DNA of 64,000 nucleotides from an uncultured Puniceicoccaceae bacterium (GCA_963933835.1 CAWVVV010000002.1:256001-320000), one strand, 5' to 3'. Shown: positions 10,900-20,722, numbered from the stretch's first letter. A program made the numbers and translations. Notes: generated by a model from the letters alone, not told the origin.

Positions 10900-11523
10900 T
10901 TAGCGGATGTTCCAGCCGTAGGTGTCGTCGTAGAACCAGCGTTCTTGGGAGTTCTCGGTGTAGTAATAGTAGGCTTCGCCGCTGGGTCCGATGAGCCATG
11001 GGTAGATCGATGCGTTGGTGTAGACCCAGCCGAGGCTGATATCCCAGAGCCAGCCACCGACGGAGGGCTCATAGTCGCCTCCGTAGATCCAACCGAGACC
11101 TTGCTCGTGCCAGATCCAGCCGTCGGCTTCCCAGTAGACCCAGCTATCGAGGCTCGTGTCTTCGACCCAGCCAGTGAAGGGGGTGTATTCGACCCAGACC
11201 GAGGAGGCTTCGTCATTCCACTCATAAAGGGCATCGGTGTGATCGTTCAGAACGATGACGTCCCCTTGATAATTGGCGTGCTCGTAGAGGTAGACCGTGA
11301 CAGGTCCCCAAACAGCAACCGAGCCGACATCGTCGTTCCAGCTGTCGAAGAAGCCTTTCCAAAAGTCTTGGAGGTTCGGAATGCCTTCACCGGGGTAGAG
11401 CGCGAGGCTGTCGCCCCCGTAGTTGGCATGTTCGTATAGGACGACGCCTTCATAGTCGGAGGCGTGAGCGGAGCCGATGAGGAGGGCTCCGAGGAGAGAG
11501 GTTTGGGCGAGTCGTTGAATCAT
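10900..11523 (-). CDS. Secreted beta/gamma-crystallin-domain protein with Trp/Tyr-rich C-terminal domain
   Basis: Signal peptide; duplicated LYEHANY(G/Q)GD...WND(D/E)xxSV motifs; C-terminus GWIWHEQGLGWIY...GWLWDISLGWVYT...YPW. Confidence 0.85.
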   Translation of the reverse strand: MIQRLAQTSLLGALLIGSAHASDYEGVVLYEHANYGGDSLALYPGEGIPNLQDFWKGFFDSWNDDVGSVAVWGPVTVYLYEHANYQGDVIVLNDHTDALYEWNDEASSVWVEYTPFTGWVEDTSLDSWVYWEADGWIWHEQGLGWIYGGDYEPSVGGWLWDISLGWVYTNASIYPWLIGPSGEAYYYYTENSQERWFYDDTYGWNIR

Positions 11524-11605
11524 TGAGCGTGTGGTTTGAAGTGAATTGAGCGCGTTGGGCGCTGTGAACCTACACCTATTAAAGCCGTTTTAGGGGCAAA
11601 AAACT

Positions 11606-11711
11606 CCCAAACCCTTCTCAATTCTTTTTCAGGCCTGTTACAGGAGAGTTAACCCATTGTAGTAGAATGAGATACCATCCATTCCAGACTTTCTCCAAAC
11701 TCTCCCCAAAC
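11606..11711. promoter_or_regulatory. Phased direct repeats YCCARAC in a divergent intergenic region
   Basis: TCCAGAC 11683, TCCAAAC 11694, CCCAAAC 11705 (11-bp period) plus CCCAAAC 11606 (77 bp = 7x11 upstream). Confidence 0.5.
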
Positions 11712-11825
11712 AGCAAAATTTAGGCTGCCTAGGGCACTTTTGTGACTCTGTGCAGAAAAGAAGTATTCGTTCTTCTGAAAATGAACCTTTGCCCCGCCTT
11801 TTCGGACAGATAGCTTGCACACCTT

Positions 11826-12164
11826 ATGAAAGGGAGACTTTTCCAACTTGGCCTCTGGCCCTTGATTTTGCTCTACTTTTTCCTCCTGGGCGCGGCGCCA
11901 ATGGAAAGCACCCGGACGAGCCGCGCACTCTTCAGCCCAGAGCGCGAAGTCACGCCGACGATTCAGATCACGGGCACGCAGGTATCGGTTCAGCACCGAG
12001 CTACGGGTAGTGGCAAAATTCGTGGAACAGCCCTGAGGGGTCGGAGAACCTACGAATTTAAGAAAAGCGGGACCTACACCGTCGAACCCGGGACCTATAC
12101 CCACATCGTCTATGGACAAGTGCCTTCAGGCGGGACCCTCGAGAGCACAATTAGGTATCAATGA
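11826..12164 (+). CDS. Small secreted hypothetical protein
   Basis: Signal-peptide-like N-terminus, beta-rich basic mature part; stop overlaps next start (ATGA). Confidence 0.65.
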   Translation: MKGRLFQLGLWPLILLYFFLLGAAPMESTRTSRALFSPEREVTPTIQITGTQVSVQHRATGSGKIRGTALRGRRTYEFKKSGTYTVEPGTYTHIVYGQVPSGGTLESTIRYQ

Positions 12165-13468
12165 ATTCCGACGGTGAGGTAGAAGCGGCCGGAGCAGCGC
12201 CGCAGTTTGAACTGGTTTTCAGCCCCCGAGCGCTTGTGCGCAGTCGCTTGGTCTTGGCTGATGGGGCGATCCTCGAAAGTGGACAAAAAGGAGCCGAGGT
12301 ACGCTGGCAGCAAGGCGCGATCGCTGTCTGTATTCTCGCCGTCTGGACGCGCTTGTGTGCTCTACGTGGCGACGACGAGCTGCCCTTGCTCCAAGGCTCG
12401 CGAGGGAGTCCGGCTCGGTCGATTGATAACTTACTCACGAAGCCGGGAGACTGGGCCCTGAACATGTTCGGAGAGCTTAATGGCCAGCCCGGTATCCGTG
12501 ATTTTATCTACCGCAAACGCGCGGTTTCAAAAAGCAACGCGGTCTCGGCGGTGCAGTGGGACGCGACTCATTTTCCTGCGAGCGCGATTCAAATCGTGAG
12601 GGAGAATGCCGCCCTCGAAACGGAGGCGGAACTCGCCGACCTGTTGCGCGTACTCTTAGAGGAGTTCAACCCGCGCCGAGTGGAGAAAGAGTGGGCTCTG
12701 CTCTTTCCCGATCTGCCTTCGGCGGGACCGAGCGAAGCTTCGCCGATTGTCAGCGACGAGGCAGAATCCCAGCGCCCTTGGCTACTCTTGGCCTCCTTGT
12801 TTGTTTTTGTCGCGCTGGGTTTCTATTTTCTTGGTCAGTCGATGAGCATCGCACCTCGACCCGTTCCACTTGTAGCAGGCGTTTCGGCCTCTGCCAGTGC
12901 GGGCACGCTTGAGGCCTTTATTGACTATCTCAATGCGCAGGAGCTGGAGGCAGCTTACGGATTTACGAGCGCTGCTTACCGAGAGGAACTCTCGCCTGAG
13001 GCATTCGCCGTCGCGCTCGGCGGGCAGCGGTTCAACTTTCCCCGGATCGCTGGCAATCCTTACCGTAATTTGCAGGGACAGCGCGTTCACGAGTATCGCG
13101 TCACGCTCTATGTTGAGACAGAAGTGCATCGCATTCCCGCACTGGAGGGCCTGAGCCGGACGCCTGTGACGGAGATCGATGCCTATGCCGAGGCTTTGAA
13201 GCAGTTTACGGAGGAGCTGACAACGGCCGGAGTGGATCCATCTTTCATTCGGCAGCTCAAAAAAGAGCGCTTGGAGCGGTCAGACGCCTCCCGTTACGTG
13301 CAATTGATCTGTGGCTTGAACGCGTCTCAGATGACGGAACTTTATCCAGAAACGCTCACCGTGACGCTTGATTTGACTTACTTTTTCGAGCTCTTGCAGG
13401 ATCCGCTCGATGGGACTTGGCGGGTTCAGAGTGTTTCGGATGCGGCTGACCGCCTAGTGGCGTTTTAG
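12161..13468 (+). CDS. Bitopic membrane protein: unknown N-terminal domain, one TM, NTF2-like C-terminal domain
   Basis: 435 aa ORF; single TM WLLLASLFVFVALGFYFLG; LEAFIDYLNAQELEAAYGFTSAAYR...GTWRVQSV resembles NTF2-like folds. Confidence 0.7.
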   Translation: MNSDGEVEAAGAAPQFELVFSPRALVRSRLVLADGAILESGQKGAEVRWQQGAIAVCILAVWTRLCALRGDDELPLLQGSRGSPARSIDNLLTKPGDWALNMFGELNGQPGIRDFIYRKRAVSKSNAVSAVQWDATHFPASAIQIVRENAALETEAELADLLRVLLEEFNPRRVEKEWALLFPDLPSAGPSEASPIVSDEAESQRPWLLLASLFVFVALGFYFLGQSMSIAPRPVPLVAGVSASASAGTLEAFIDYLNAQELEAAYGFTSAAYREELSPEAFAVALGGQRFNFPRIAGNPYRNLQGQRVHEYRVTLYVETEVHRIPALEGLSRTPVTEIDAYAEALKQFTEELTTAGVDPSFIRQLKKERLERSDASRYVQLICGLNASQMTELYPETLTVTLDLTYFFELLQDPLDGTWRVQSVSDAADRLVAF

Positions 13469-13579
13469 ACGAGGCTGTGAGCAGATATTTGATCCATTGG
13501 TAAAAGTTCGATTTTCCCCTGTATATAAGAGGAGAAAAAGTGGATTTACGACCCGCCGAACCGTTGTTTGTAAATTGAT

Positions 13580-13822
13580 ATGCGGCCGCTTTTTGTATGG
13601 AACGGACGCTCAGGCGAAGCGAGAGGACCCTCCGAACTCAATACGGGGAACAAGCGCCGCCTTAGAGATTATGCAGTGCTTGCGGGTGGACTCAATCTCG
13701 GGCTGGCAACCGCTTTCTTACTGCTACCGGCGGCGCCTATCGCCGTGACCGTACTCATCTCCGGTTTTGTCGGCGGGAACATCACCTTGAGCTGGATCTT
13801 CGGCGTAGTCCTTAATTACTAG
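13580..13822 (+). CDS. Small membrane protein (hypothetical)
   Basis: 80 aa, two hydrophobic segments, fills the gap before convergent cmk. Confidence 0.5.
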   Translation: MRPLFVWNGRSGEARGPSELNTGNKRRLRDYAVLAGGLNLGLATAFLLLPAAPIAVTVLISGFVGGNITLSWIFGVVLNY

Positions 13823-14484
13823 AGGGCGTCGAGCAGTTCTTCGATCTTGGTTACAACTTCGGCGAGGCTGAGGTTCGAATTATCGATTTTGATCGCGTCC
13901 GAAGTGGCGCTGAGCGGAGCCGTTTTGCGTTTCTCATCCATCTGATCGCGTTGAGCAATGGCATCGCTGATGCCCTCAGCTTGTCGCCTTTTTTCGCGCG
14001 TTTGAGCATCGGCGAAGAGAAAAAGCTTAAGGTCGGCGCCTGGCAGGATGACGCTCCCGATGTCGCGGCCGTCCATGATGATTCCGTTGAATCGGTTGCT
14101 TCGCGCAACCTCGACTTGCGATTTCTGATAGCGCTTTACCGCTTCGCGCACGGCGGGAATGGCGGCAAATTTCGATACGGCGGCATTCACCGCTTCGGTT
14201 CGGAGAGTCGCGTCTACGGGGACCTTGCCGTTGATCTTGAGCAAGCCGGAGCGTGTGGAGATTTCAGTCTCGAAAGTGAGGTCTGCAAGGAGCGATTCTA
14301 GCTCTGGTCCGGCGGTCGGTTCAATCGCCGCTTCGAGAGCGTGTGCAGTGACGGCGCGGTAGTGTGCTCCAGTGTCGATGTGGAGGAAGTGTCGACGCGC
14401 TGCGAGTTCGCGGGAGGATGAGGATTTACCCGAGGCAGCTCCGCCATCGAGGGCGATGACATGAAAGCGGTCGTTCTCAGGCAT
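13819..14484 (-). CDS. cmk: Cytidylate kinase
   Basis: IALDGGAASGKS, DTGAHYRA, MDGRDIGSVILP. Confidence 0.95.
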   Translation of the reverse strand: MPENDRFHVIALDGGAASGKSSSSRELAARRHFLHIDTGAHYRAVTAHALEAAIEPTAGPELESLLADLTFETEISTRSGLLKINGKVPVDATLRTEAVNAAVSKFAAIPAVREAVKRYQKSQVEVARSNRFNGIIMDGRDIGSVILPGADLKLFLFADAQTREKRRQAEGISDAIAQRDQMDEKRKTAPLSATSDAIKIDNSNLSLAEVVTKIEELLDAL

Positions 14485-15811
14485 GGCTAGCAGTGTGAAG
14501 GGCTTGAAGCTTATCGAAGAAATCGGGGAAGGTCTTTTTACAGCAAAGAGGGTCGTGAATCTTTAGCCAAGGCGTTTGAGCACCAAGGAGATCGGCGCAG
14601 CCTAGAATGCCGAAACTCATCGCAAAACGATGGTCTTCGTAAGTCTCGATTTCAACGCCTTGCTGAGCGGCGGCGAGGAGGCGGTTGCGGTCAGGTGTGA
14701 TGTGGAGACTGTCCTCTTTTTCGATCACCTCGCAGCCAAGCTTGAGGAGCTCTTTAGCCATCGCAGCGACACGGTCGGTCTCTTGTTTTCGGGTGTGTGC
14801 GATCCCTTCAATATAGGTAGGTGTATCCAAAAGTGGCGACAGGGCAGCTAGAGTGAGAAAGGTATCCGAGAAGGTTTCGAAGTTTTCGTTCAGCCCGGCT
14901 CGATTTTCAGAGGCGGCCCTCACAGTCCATTGCTCGGCGGATTTAGTAATCGTCGCACCGAGCCGTTGCATGACCTCGGCAAAGGCCACATCTCCCTGAA
15001 GCATCTCTGGCTGAAGACCCGGCAGCTGAATTTGACCGCCGGTCACGATCGGAAGGGCGAGGAAGTAACTCGCCGCCGTCACATCGGGCTCAATCGCATA
15101 AACCCCGGGCGACCGATAGCCTGTGCCAGTCGGGACGATGAGGCGCCCAGCGCTGTCCTGTGAAACTTCGACCCCAAACTGCGCCATCATCTCAGTCGTT
15201 ATTTTGACAAAGGCAGGGCGCATCCCCTCGACCGCAAGTTGTAGAGGCGCCTTGCCATAGGGAGAGGCAAGGAGGAGCGACGAGACGAACTGGCTGCTCG
15301 CACTTGAATCGATTTGAGCCGGTCCACCGGAGAGCCCGCGGGTTTTGAGGCGGAAAGGGAAATGACCGGGCTCATCGCCGAAAATAATTTCAGCTCCCTG
15401 TGCTCGAAGGACATCAAGGAGTTCCTTCATCGGGCGTTTCCGCATCGGCGCATCGCCATCAAGCCGATACTTAGCCCAAGGATGTAGGGCGAGAAAGCTA
15501 GTGAGAAACCGTGCCGCCGTGCCTGCATTGCCGATATTGAAGTCTGCGGAGTGGGTTGACCACTTGCCGCCGGAGCCGACGACGACGACCTTCTTGGCTG
15601 TTTCATCAACAGTGATCTGCAAGCCGAGCTCCCCGAGTGCCTTCAGCATGATGCGGGTATCGCGGCTGAAGAGGACCCCCGTGAGTGTGGTTGTTCCCTC
15701 GGCCAAGGCGGCGAGGATCAGCGCTCGGTTTGTAAGGCTTTTCGAGCCGGGTAGCTCGACGGATCCATTGACCGCTGTGTTGAAAGGGAGGATGGGAAGC
15801 GGATCAGTCAT
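14477..15811 (-). CDS. aroA: 3-phosphoshikimate 1-carboxyvinyltransferase
   Basis: LPGSKSLTNRAL, GNAGTAARF, SSQFVS, KQETDR, EDHRFAMSF. Confidence 0.97.
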   Translation of the reverse strand: MTDPLPILPFNTAVNGSVELPGSKSLTNRALILAALAEGTTTLTGVLFSRDTRIMLKALGELGLQITVDETAKKVVVVGSGGKWSTHSADFNIGNAGTAARFLTSFLALHPWAKYRLDGDAPMRKRPMKELLDVLRAQGAEIIFGDEPGHFPFRLKTRGLSGGPAQIDSSASSQFVSSLLLASPYGKAPLQLAVEGMRPAFVKITTEMMAQFGVEVSQDSAGRLIVPTGTGYRSPGVYAIEPDVTAASYFLALPIVTGGQIQLPGLQPEMLQGDVAFAEVMQRLGATITKSAEQWTVRAASENRAGLNENFETFSDTFLTLAALSPLLDTPTYIEGIAHTRKQETDRVAAMAKELLKLGCEVIEKEDSLHITPDRNRLLAAAQQGVEIETYEDHRFAMSFGILGCADLLGAQTPWLKIHDPLCCKKTFPDFFDKLQALHTASHA

Positions 15812-16661
15812 CGTAACTACTCAATTCGCTGCGGTATCCGCGGCCTTCTTCGAGGAGGCCTTCGAGGCGATCGAAATCCTTGCTCTCGAGTGCATCGGTA
15901 AAGGCGGTCAGGCTGCCTTGAAAATCTTTTAGAACGTTGAGCAGGGCTTCGCGGTTTTGCAGGCAGATGTCCCGCCACATCTCCGGATGGCCAGCTGCCA
16001 CACGCGTCGTATCGCGTAGGCCTTGCCCGCAGGCTTCTTTCCAGGGGAGATCCGTGCGGCCAACCGTCACGCTCAGAGCGCTCGCGATAAAGTGGGGTAG
16101 GTGGCTGACCCGAGCAACGAGCTTGTCGTGAACATCGGGTGCGGCTTCGAGGATCTGCATGCCAACGCCTTCCCAGAGATCGCGGACGGTTTGGAAGGCT
16201 TGGTCAGGAGTTTCTTCCAGTGGCGTAATGAAGCAGGGGCTATTTTGAAAGAGGTCGCGCCTTGCGTGTTCCAAGCCGCTTTTTTCCGAGCCTGCCATCG
16301 GGTGAGAGCCGACAAAGAAGCAGCCCTCGGGCAATGAGTTTGGAGCCTCGTGACTGATGACCGCTTTTGTGCTGCCAACATCGGTCACCACAGCACCGGG
16401 CTTGAGGATCGGCGAGATCTCGCGGATGAGAGGCAAGATGTGTTCCACCGGCGTGCAGACGACGACGAGATCGGCTTCGCGAGCGGCTTCAGCTGCGGTA
16501 TCGAAGGTGGCATCGCACCAATTGCCATTTGCGCATGCCTGGCGAATGGCGGGGCGGCGCGCCCAGACAACGATACGCTTAGCTAGACCTTTTTCGTGGC
16601 AAGCCATCCCGAGGGAGCCGCCGAGTAGTCCGGGTGCGAGGATGGCGAGGGTTTCAATCAC
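15804..16661 (-). CDS. tyrA: Prephenate/arogenate dehydrogenase
   Basis: GLLGGSLG, TDVGSTK, HPMAGSEKSG, SHLPH, DTTRVA. Confidence 0.95.
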   Translation of the reverse strand: MIETLAILAPGLLGGSLGMACHEKGLAKRIVVWARRPAIRQACANGNWCDATFDTAAEAAREADLVVVCTPVEHILPLIREISPILKPGAVVTDVGSTKAVISHEAPNSLPEGCFFVGSHPMAGSEKSGLEHARRDLFQNSPCFITPLEETPDQAFQTVRDLWEGVGMQILEAAPDVHDKLVARVSHLPHFIASALSVTVGRTDLPWKEACGQGLRDTTRVAAGHPEMWRDICLQNREALLNVLKDFQGSLTAFTDALESKDFDRLEGLLEEGRGYRSELSSYDD

Positions 16662-16776
16662 AATATGCAGTCGTATGCGAATTACGCCTTTTGGCTTTGA
16701 CGCAGCCTAGGCAGTTCATGGAAGTGTTGGAAGCATTCGTAGTGCCCATCTTCTGACAAGTTGATTCGCTGAAACT

Positions 16777-18554
16777 GTGAGCTTCTTCAAAAAATACGGA
16801 ACCCGTTCCAACGAACGCCGCAAGGCCAAGCAAGAAGCCCTCGTTATCGGGCTCCTCCTCGGCGTTGGCGTACTTTTTCTCCTCGGTATGCAGTTGCTTT
16901 CGCAGCTCGGCCCGCAAGGTGCCTCCGACTCGAACCAAGAGGAAGCGGAGGCCTTCGAGCTCGAGCTTCATCAGCTTGAACAGCTCGTCAAAGAGGTAGC
17001 TAAGCTGCAGGAGCAGTTCGTCGCCGTGATCGCCGACGGCGACGTTTCGGAGAAAGATCTGGAACTCATGCAGTTGGCTATATCGAAACAGCGTGAGGTC
17101 AGCTCTACCGGCATCTACGGTGATTCGAGCGCGCTCGATAAATTGACTGGTATGGAGGCGCAGTATCAGACCTATGCGGGTGCCACTTTACTAAAGTCCT
17201 CTGAGGCGCCGGAAGCAGAGGCAGAGCAGGCTTTCAATCAAGGCCGAACAGAGGAATGGCCTCGCTGCCCTGAACAAGGATTCAGCTTCAAGAGGACATT
17301 AACACGCTGTATGCACGGGGTGAGCACCGCAGTGTTATGCGTGTTCGTCAGCTGCAAATGCAGCGCGAGAATTTGGAAGCAGCTCCCCTCGCGAGTCGAG
17401 CTATAGAACTGGCTCAGGAGGCTAAGCTGATGATTACGGAAGGCGAGGCAGATGCCGCCATCCCGCTTCTCCGGGAAGCCGCTGAGCTCCATGCCACTTT
17501 GCAGCGCGATTTCCGCGCGAGTCGCTACAACAGCCGTTCGGATCAACGTGAAGTCGCCACTCTCCTTATTGATGCGGAGGCGTCGGGACTCGCTTCTAGG
17601 CGCAATGCTTTGAAAGCTGAGGCGACTGCGCTGATTGAAGCAGGCGAATACGTTGTTGCGGCGGAACGGCTTGAGGAAGCCCGTGATGTTCAGCGCGAGC
17701 TCACGGCGCAGTTTCCAGACAGCTCAGAGGCGGGATCAGGTTTACTCGAAGAGCTCGAGGGCGAGCGCCAATCCGTTCTCAGCGCGAGCACGGCTGATAG
17801 TATTCAAAAGGTCCGCGCTCAGCTCATTGCTCTTTTGCAGGCGCGCGAAGGTCGCGATGCGAGTCCACTTGCAGCGGACTTCTTTCGCGGTGTTGAACAG
17901 CTGCATGCTAACTTTTCTGCTAGTCGCCATCTCAATCCGGAATGGTTGCTTGAGTCGCGTTATTTGAATTTGAAACGGGATGACCTCGGGACGATTCAGG
18001 ATGCGGTTTACAGCCGGCTAGTGCCGTTGCCTGGCTCAGCCGATAAGAAGATGCTCTCAAACGAGGTCTCGCAGATCCTCTTCCAACTCGTGATGGGCGC
18101 CAATCCTTCCAGCCAGTCAGGGAATCAGTTGCCGGTCGACTCGATCGATTTTAGCGCGGCGCAGGAGTTTTGCCAGCGTTTGAGCTGGATCATGGCATTT
18201 GAAGTTAAGCTTCCGACGAGAGAGGAATACCAAGCTGCGCTCGGCGAAGTTGATCGAGCCTTAGTGATGCGCATGGCGTGGTCGAGCCAAAATGCGGAGC
18301 GCCGCACGCATATCGTCGGCACCCGCGAAGCGAATACGTTTGGTTACTTCGATTTGCTCGGCAACGCAAGCGAGTGGACGGCTGATCGCCGGACAAATGA
18401 CGAACGCCAAATCCTTGTCTGGGGTGGGTCGGTGCGTGATACGCTGGAAAGCCTGACGCGTGTTCCTGCCGTCTTTGTTTCGTTGAACGAGCGCTCCCGT
18501 TTCACCGGATTTCGCTTTGTAGTGGATTTTTCAGACGCATCAACCGCTGAGTAA
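16777..18554 (+). CDS. Membrane-anchored helical-repeat protein with C-terminal SUMF1/FGE-sulfatase-like domain (frameshifted at about 17255-17282)
   Basis: N-terminal TM; frames join as EE-GLAALNK-IQLQEDINTLYARGEH; C-terminal LPTREEY, NTFGYFDLLGNASEW, WGGS, TGFRFV. Confidence 0.8.
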
Positions 18555-18557
18555 GTG

Positions 18558-18713
18558 ATGAGTAGCGAACAGGATCCTGAGCTCGATTTGGTCGAGCCGA
18601 TGACGCTAAAAGCAAGATGCCACCGGCGCATCATTTTTGCCGTCATGTTGCTCTTCTGCGCCGTTCCGATCATTCTTCTTCTCCTGAAGCTTCCGCCTCC
18701 GGAATCGCCTTAG
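18558..18713 (+). CDS. Small single-TM protein (51 aa, not in ORF track)
   Basis: MSSEQDPELDLVEPMTLKARCHRRIIFAVMLLFCAVPIILLLLKLPPPESP*, starts 3 nt after the upstream stop. Confidence 0.55.
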   Translation: MSSEQDPELDLVEPMTLKARCHRRIIFAVMLLFCAVPIILLLLKLPPPESP

Positions 18714-18735
18714 GCATCGAAATTATAGACGCTTT

Positions 18736-20049
18736 TTAGTCTTCGAGGGCTAGGCCAGTTTGCTCGGCCACTTCCTTCTTCTTGGGGTCAAGACGAAGGG
18801 TGCCATCGATCCATTCGAGTTCCAGTTTTGCGTTCTTTGGCAAGTGGGCCCGGCGCGTAATGAGGTTTTGCTTACGGTCGCGCACGAGGACGTAGCCGCG
18901 GCGCAGTGGTGCTTCCGGGCTGGATTGAGTGAGTCGCGATGCGAGCTGCCCGAGAAGTTGCCGAGCGTGTTTAATCGGGAGCTCAGGAGAATGTTTCGAC
19001 AAGCTTAGGTGCTTTTTTGCGAGCTCAAGTCGAGACGCTTGAAGTTTAGCGACGCCTTTTTGGGCGAGCTGGGTTCGGAGGTCATCTAGCTTCAGCCATG
19101 CTTGCTCGATACGATGCTGTGGTGTTTGACGCTCGAGAGTGATCTTCATCCGTTCGATGCGTTCAGCTTCAAATTTTAAGCGCTGATCGACGAGGCGGCG
19201 CAGACGCTGACGGAAGGTATCGATACTCTCGTGGAACTCGACGAAGTTACTCGTTAAGAGTTCAGCGGCGGCGGAGGGTGTTTCTGCTCTTTGGTCGGCA
19301 GCAAAGTCGCTCAACGAATAGTCAATTTCGTGTCCGACGGCAGAAATGATGGGAAGGGAGCTTGCCGCGATCGATCGCGCGACGGCTTCTTCATTAAACG
19401 GCCAAAGGTCTTCGAGACTCCCACCGCCACGGGTCAAAATGATGACATCTCCCAGATTTTCGGCGTTTGCTTTTTCAATCATCGCGACAATTTCCAGGGC
19501 GGCTTCTTTTCCCTGCACGCGGACCGGTAGAATGCGAACGTGGCCGCGCCACTCCCGACGTTGGAGAATGCTGACAAAGTCTTTGAGCGCCGCTCCCGTA
19601 GCCGAAGTGATGACGGCGAGGCGTGCTGGAAGCTTCGGAATCAGTTGTTTGCGCTCGCGGTCGAAGAGCCCCTCAGCCGCGAGTTTGGCCTTGAGGGCTT
19701 CGAAGCGTTGGCGGAGGACGCCTTCCCCTCCTGGCTGTAGGATCCGGACGACAATTTGGTAATTACCCCGGGGGGGATAGACACTGAGCCCTCCGTAGAT
19801 GATCGCTTCCATCCCGTCGCTGATTTGGCCGCTGATCCGGCTCGCATCTCCGCGAAACATGACGGCGCTGATCTGCGCACCGTCATCTTTGAGGGTGAAG
19901 TAGAGGTGCCCGCTGGCCTGGCGGCGAAGGTTCGAAATCTCTCCGCGTATCCAAAATTCACCGACCGATCGCTCGAGCAAGGCCTTGATCTGGTGGGTCA
20001 AGGCGCTGACGCTCAGAAGCTCTTCTGGCGGCTCAGGCTCCAGCGACAT
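18736..20049 (-). CDS. xseA: Exodeoxyribonuclease VII large subunit
   Basis: WIRGEISN, SGHLYFTLKD, RGGGSLEDLWPFNEE, SAVGHEID, TPSAAAE; ATG at 20049 chosen. Confidence 0.96.
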   Translation of the reverse strand: MSLEPEPPEELLSVSALTHQIKALLERSVGEFWIRGEISNLRRQASGHLYFTLKDDGAQISAVMFRGDASRISGQISDGMEAIIYGGLSVYPPRGNYQIVVRILQPGGEGVLRQRFEALKAKLAAEGLFDRERKQLIPKLPARLAVITSATGAALKDFVSILQRREWRGHVRILPVRVQGKEAALEIVAMIEKANAENLGDVIILTRGGGSLEDLWPFNEEAVARSIAASSLPIISAVGHEIDYSLSDFAADQRAETPSAAAELLTSNFVEFHESIDTFRQRLRRLVDQRLKFEAERIERMKITLERQTPQHRIEQAWLKLDDLRTQLAQKGVAKLQASRLELAKKHLSLSKHSPELPIKHARQLLGQLASRLTQSSPEAPLRRGYVLVRDRKQNLITRRAHLPKNAKLELEWIDGTLRLDPKKKEVAEQTGLALED

Positions 20050-20722
20050 TGACTTTTTGTTGATTGCGACGACGCCACCACGAAACGGCCACCATCGCGA
20101 CAAAGAAGAGGAAGAGCCCGAAGAGAGCGTATTTGAAGTTTCCTTCAAAGAGACTTCCACCGACAATAATCATACCTGCGCTGAGAGACCCTTGGGAGAG
20201 AACGGACCAAATCATGTAGCCACGGAATGGCACTCCTCCGATAGCCAGGCCATAGTTTTGCAAAACAAAGGGGAGGGGAGAGAGCCTGACCATGATCGTT
20301 ACCGCGACGTGGTTTTCGGCCGTAATTTGAGGCATTTCCATCCCTTTGCGCTCAACCCATTTTAGGATAAACTCGCGCCCAAATCCTGCGCTTACCCAAT
20401 AGCAGAGGGCGCAATTTCCTGCGATACAGATCAAAGAGGTGAGGAGTCCGCCGAAAAGGCTTCCCGCGACAGCTGCGACGGTGAGGTAGAAGACACTGAC
20501 AGGAGTGCCAAGAGCGGGAAGCATTATAAAGGCAGCGATGTAAAGTGGCAGGGGAATTCCAAGCAGCCATGCTTGCAGGTTCTGCATTCCCGCGAGCGCG
20601 AGCGCCTTCAACTCTTCACCGCTGAGGCCGTTCGCACGAATGATGACGAATGCGATGACGATGAGAAGCACTCCAAAGAGGGCGATCCACTTTATCGGTA
20701 GTTTGAGTTTATGTTCAGGCAC
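20033..20722 (-). CDS. TVP38/TMEM64 (VTT/DedA-like) membrane protein
   Basis: Multi-TM; VRLSPLPFVLQNYGL motif. Confidence 0.8.
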   Translation of the reverse strand: MPEHKLKLPIKWIALFGVLLIVIAFVIIRANGLSGEELKALALAGMQNLQAWLLGIPLPLYIAAFIMLPALGTPVSVFYLTVAAVAGSLFGGLLTSLICIAGNCALCYWVSAGFGREFILKWVERKGMEMPQITAENHVAVTIMVRLSPLPFVLQNYGLAIGGVPFRGYMIWSVLSQGSLSAGMIIVGGSLFEGNFKYALFGLFLFFVAMVAVSWWRRRNQQKVNVAGA

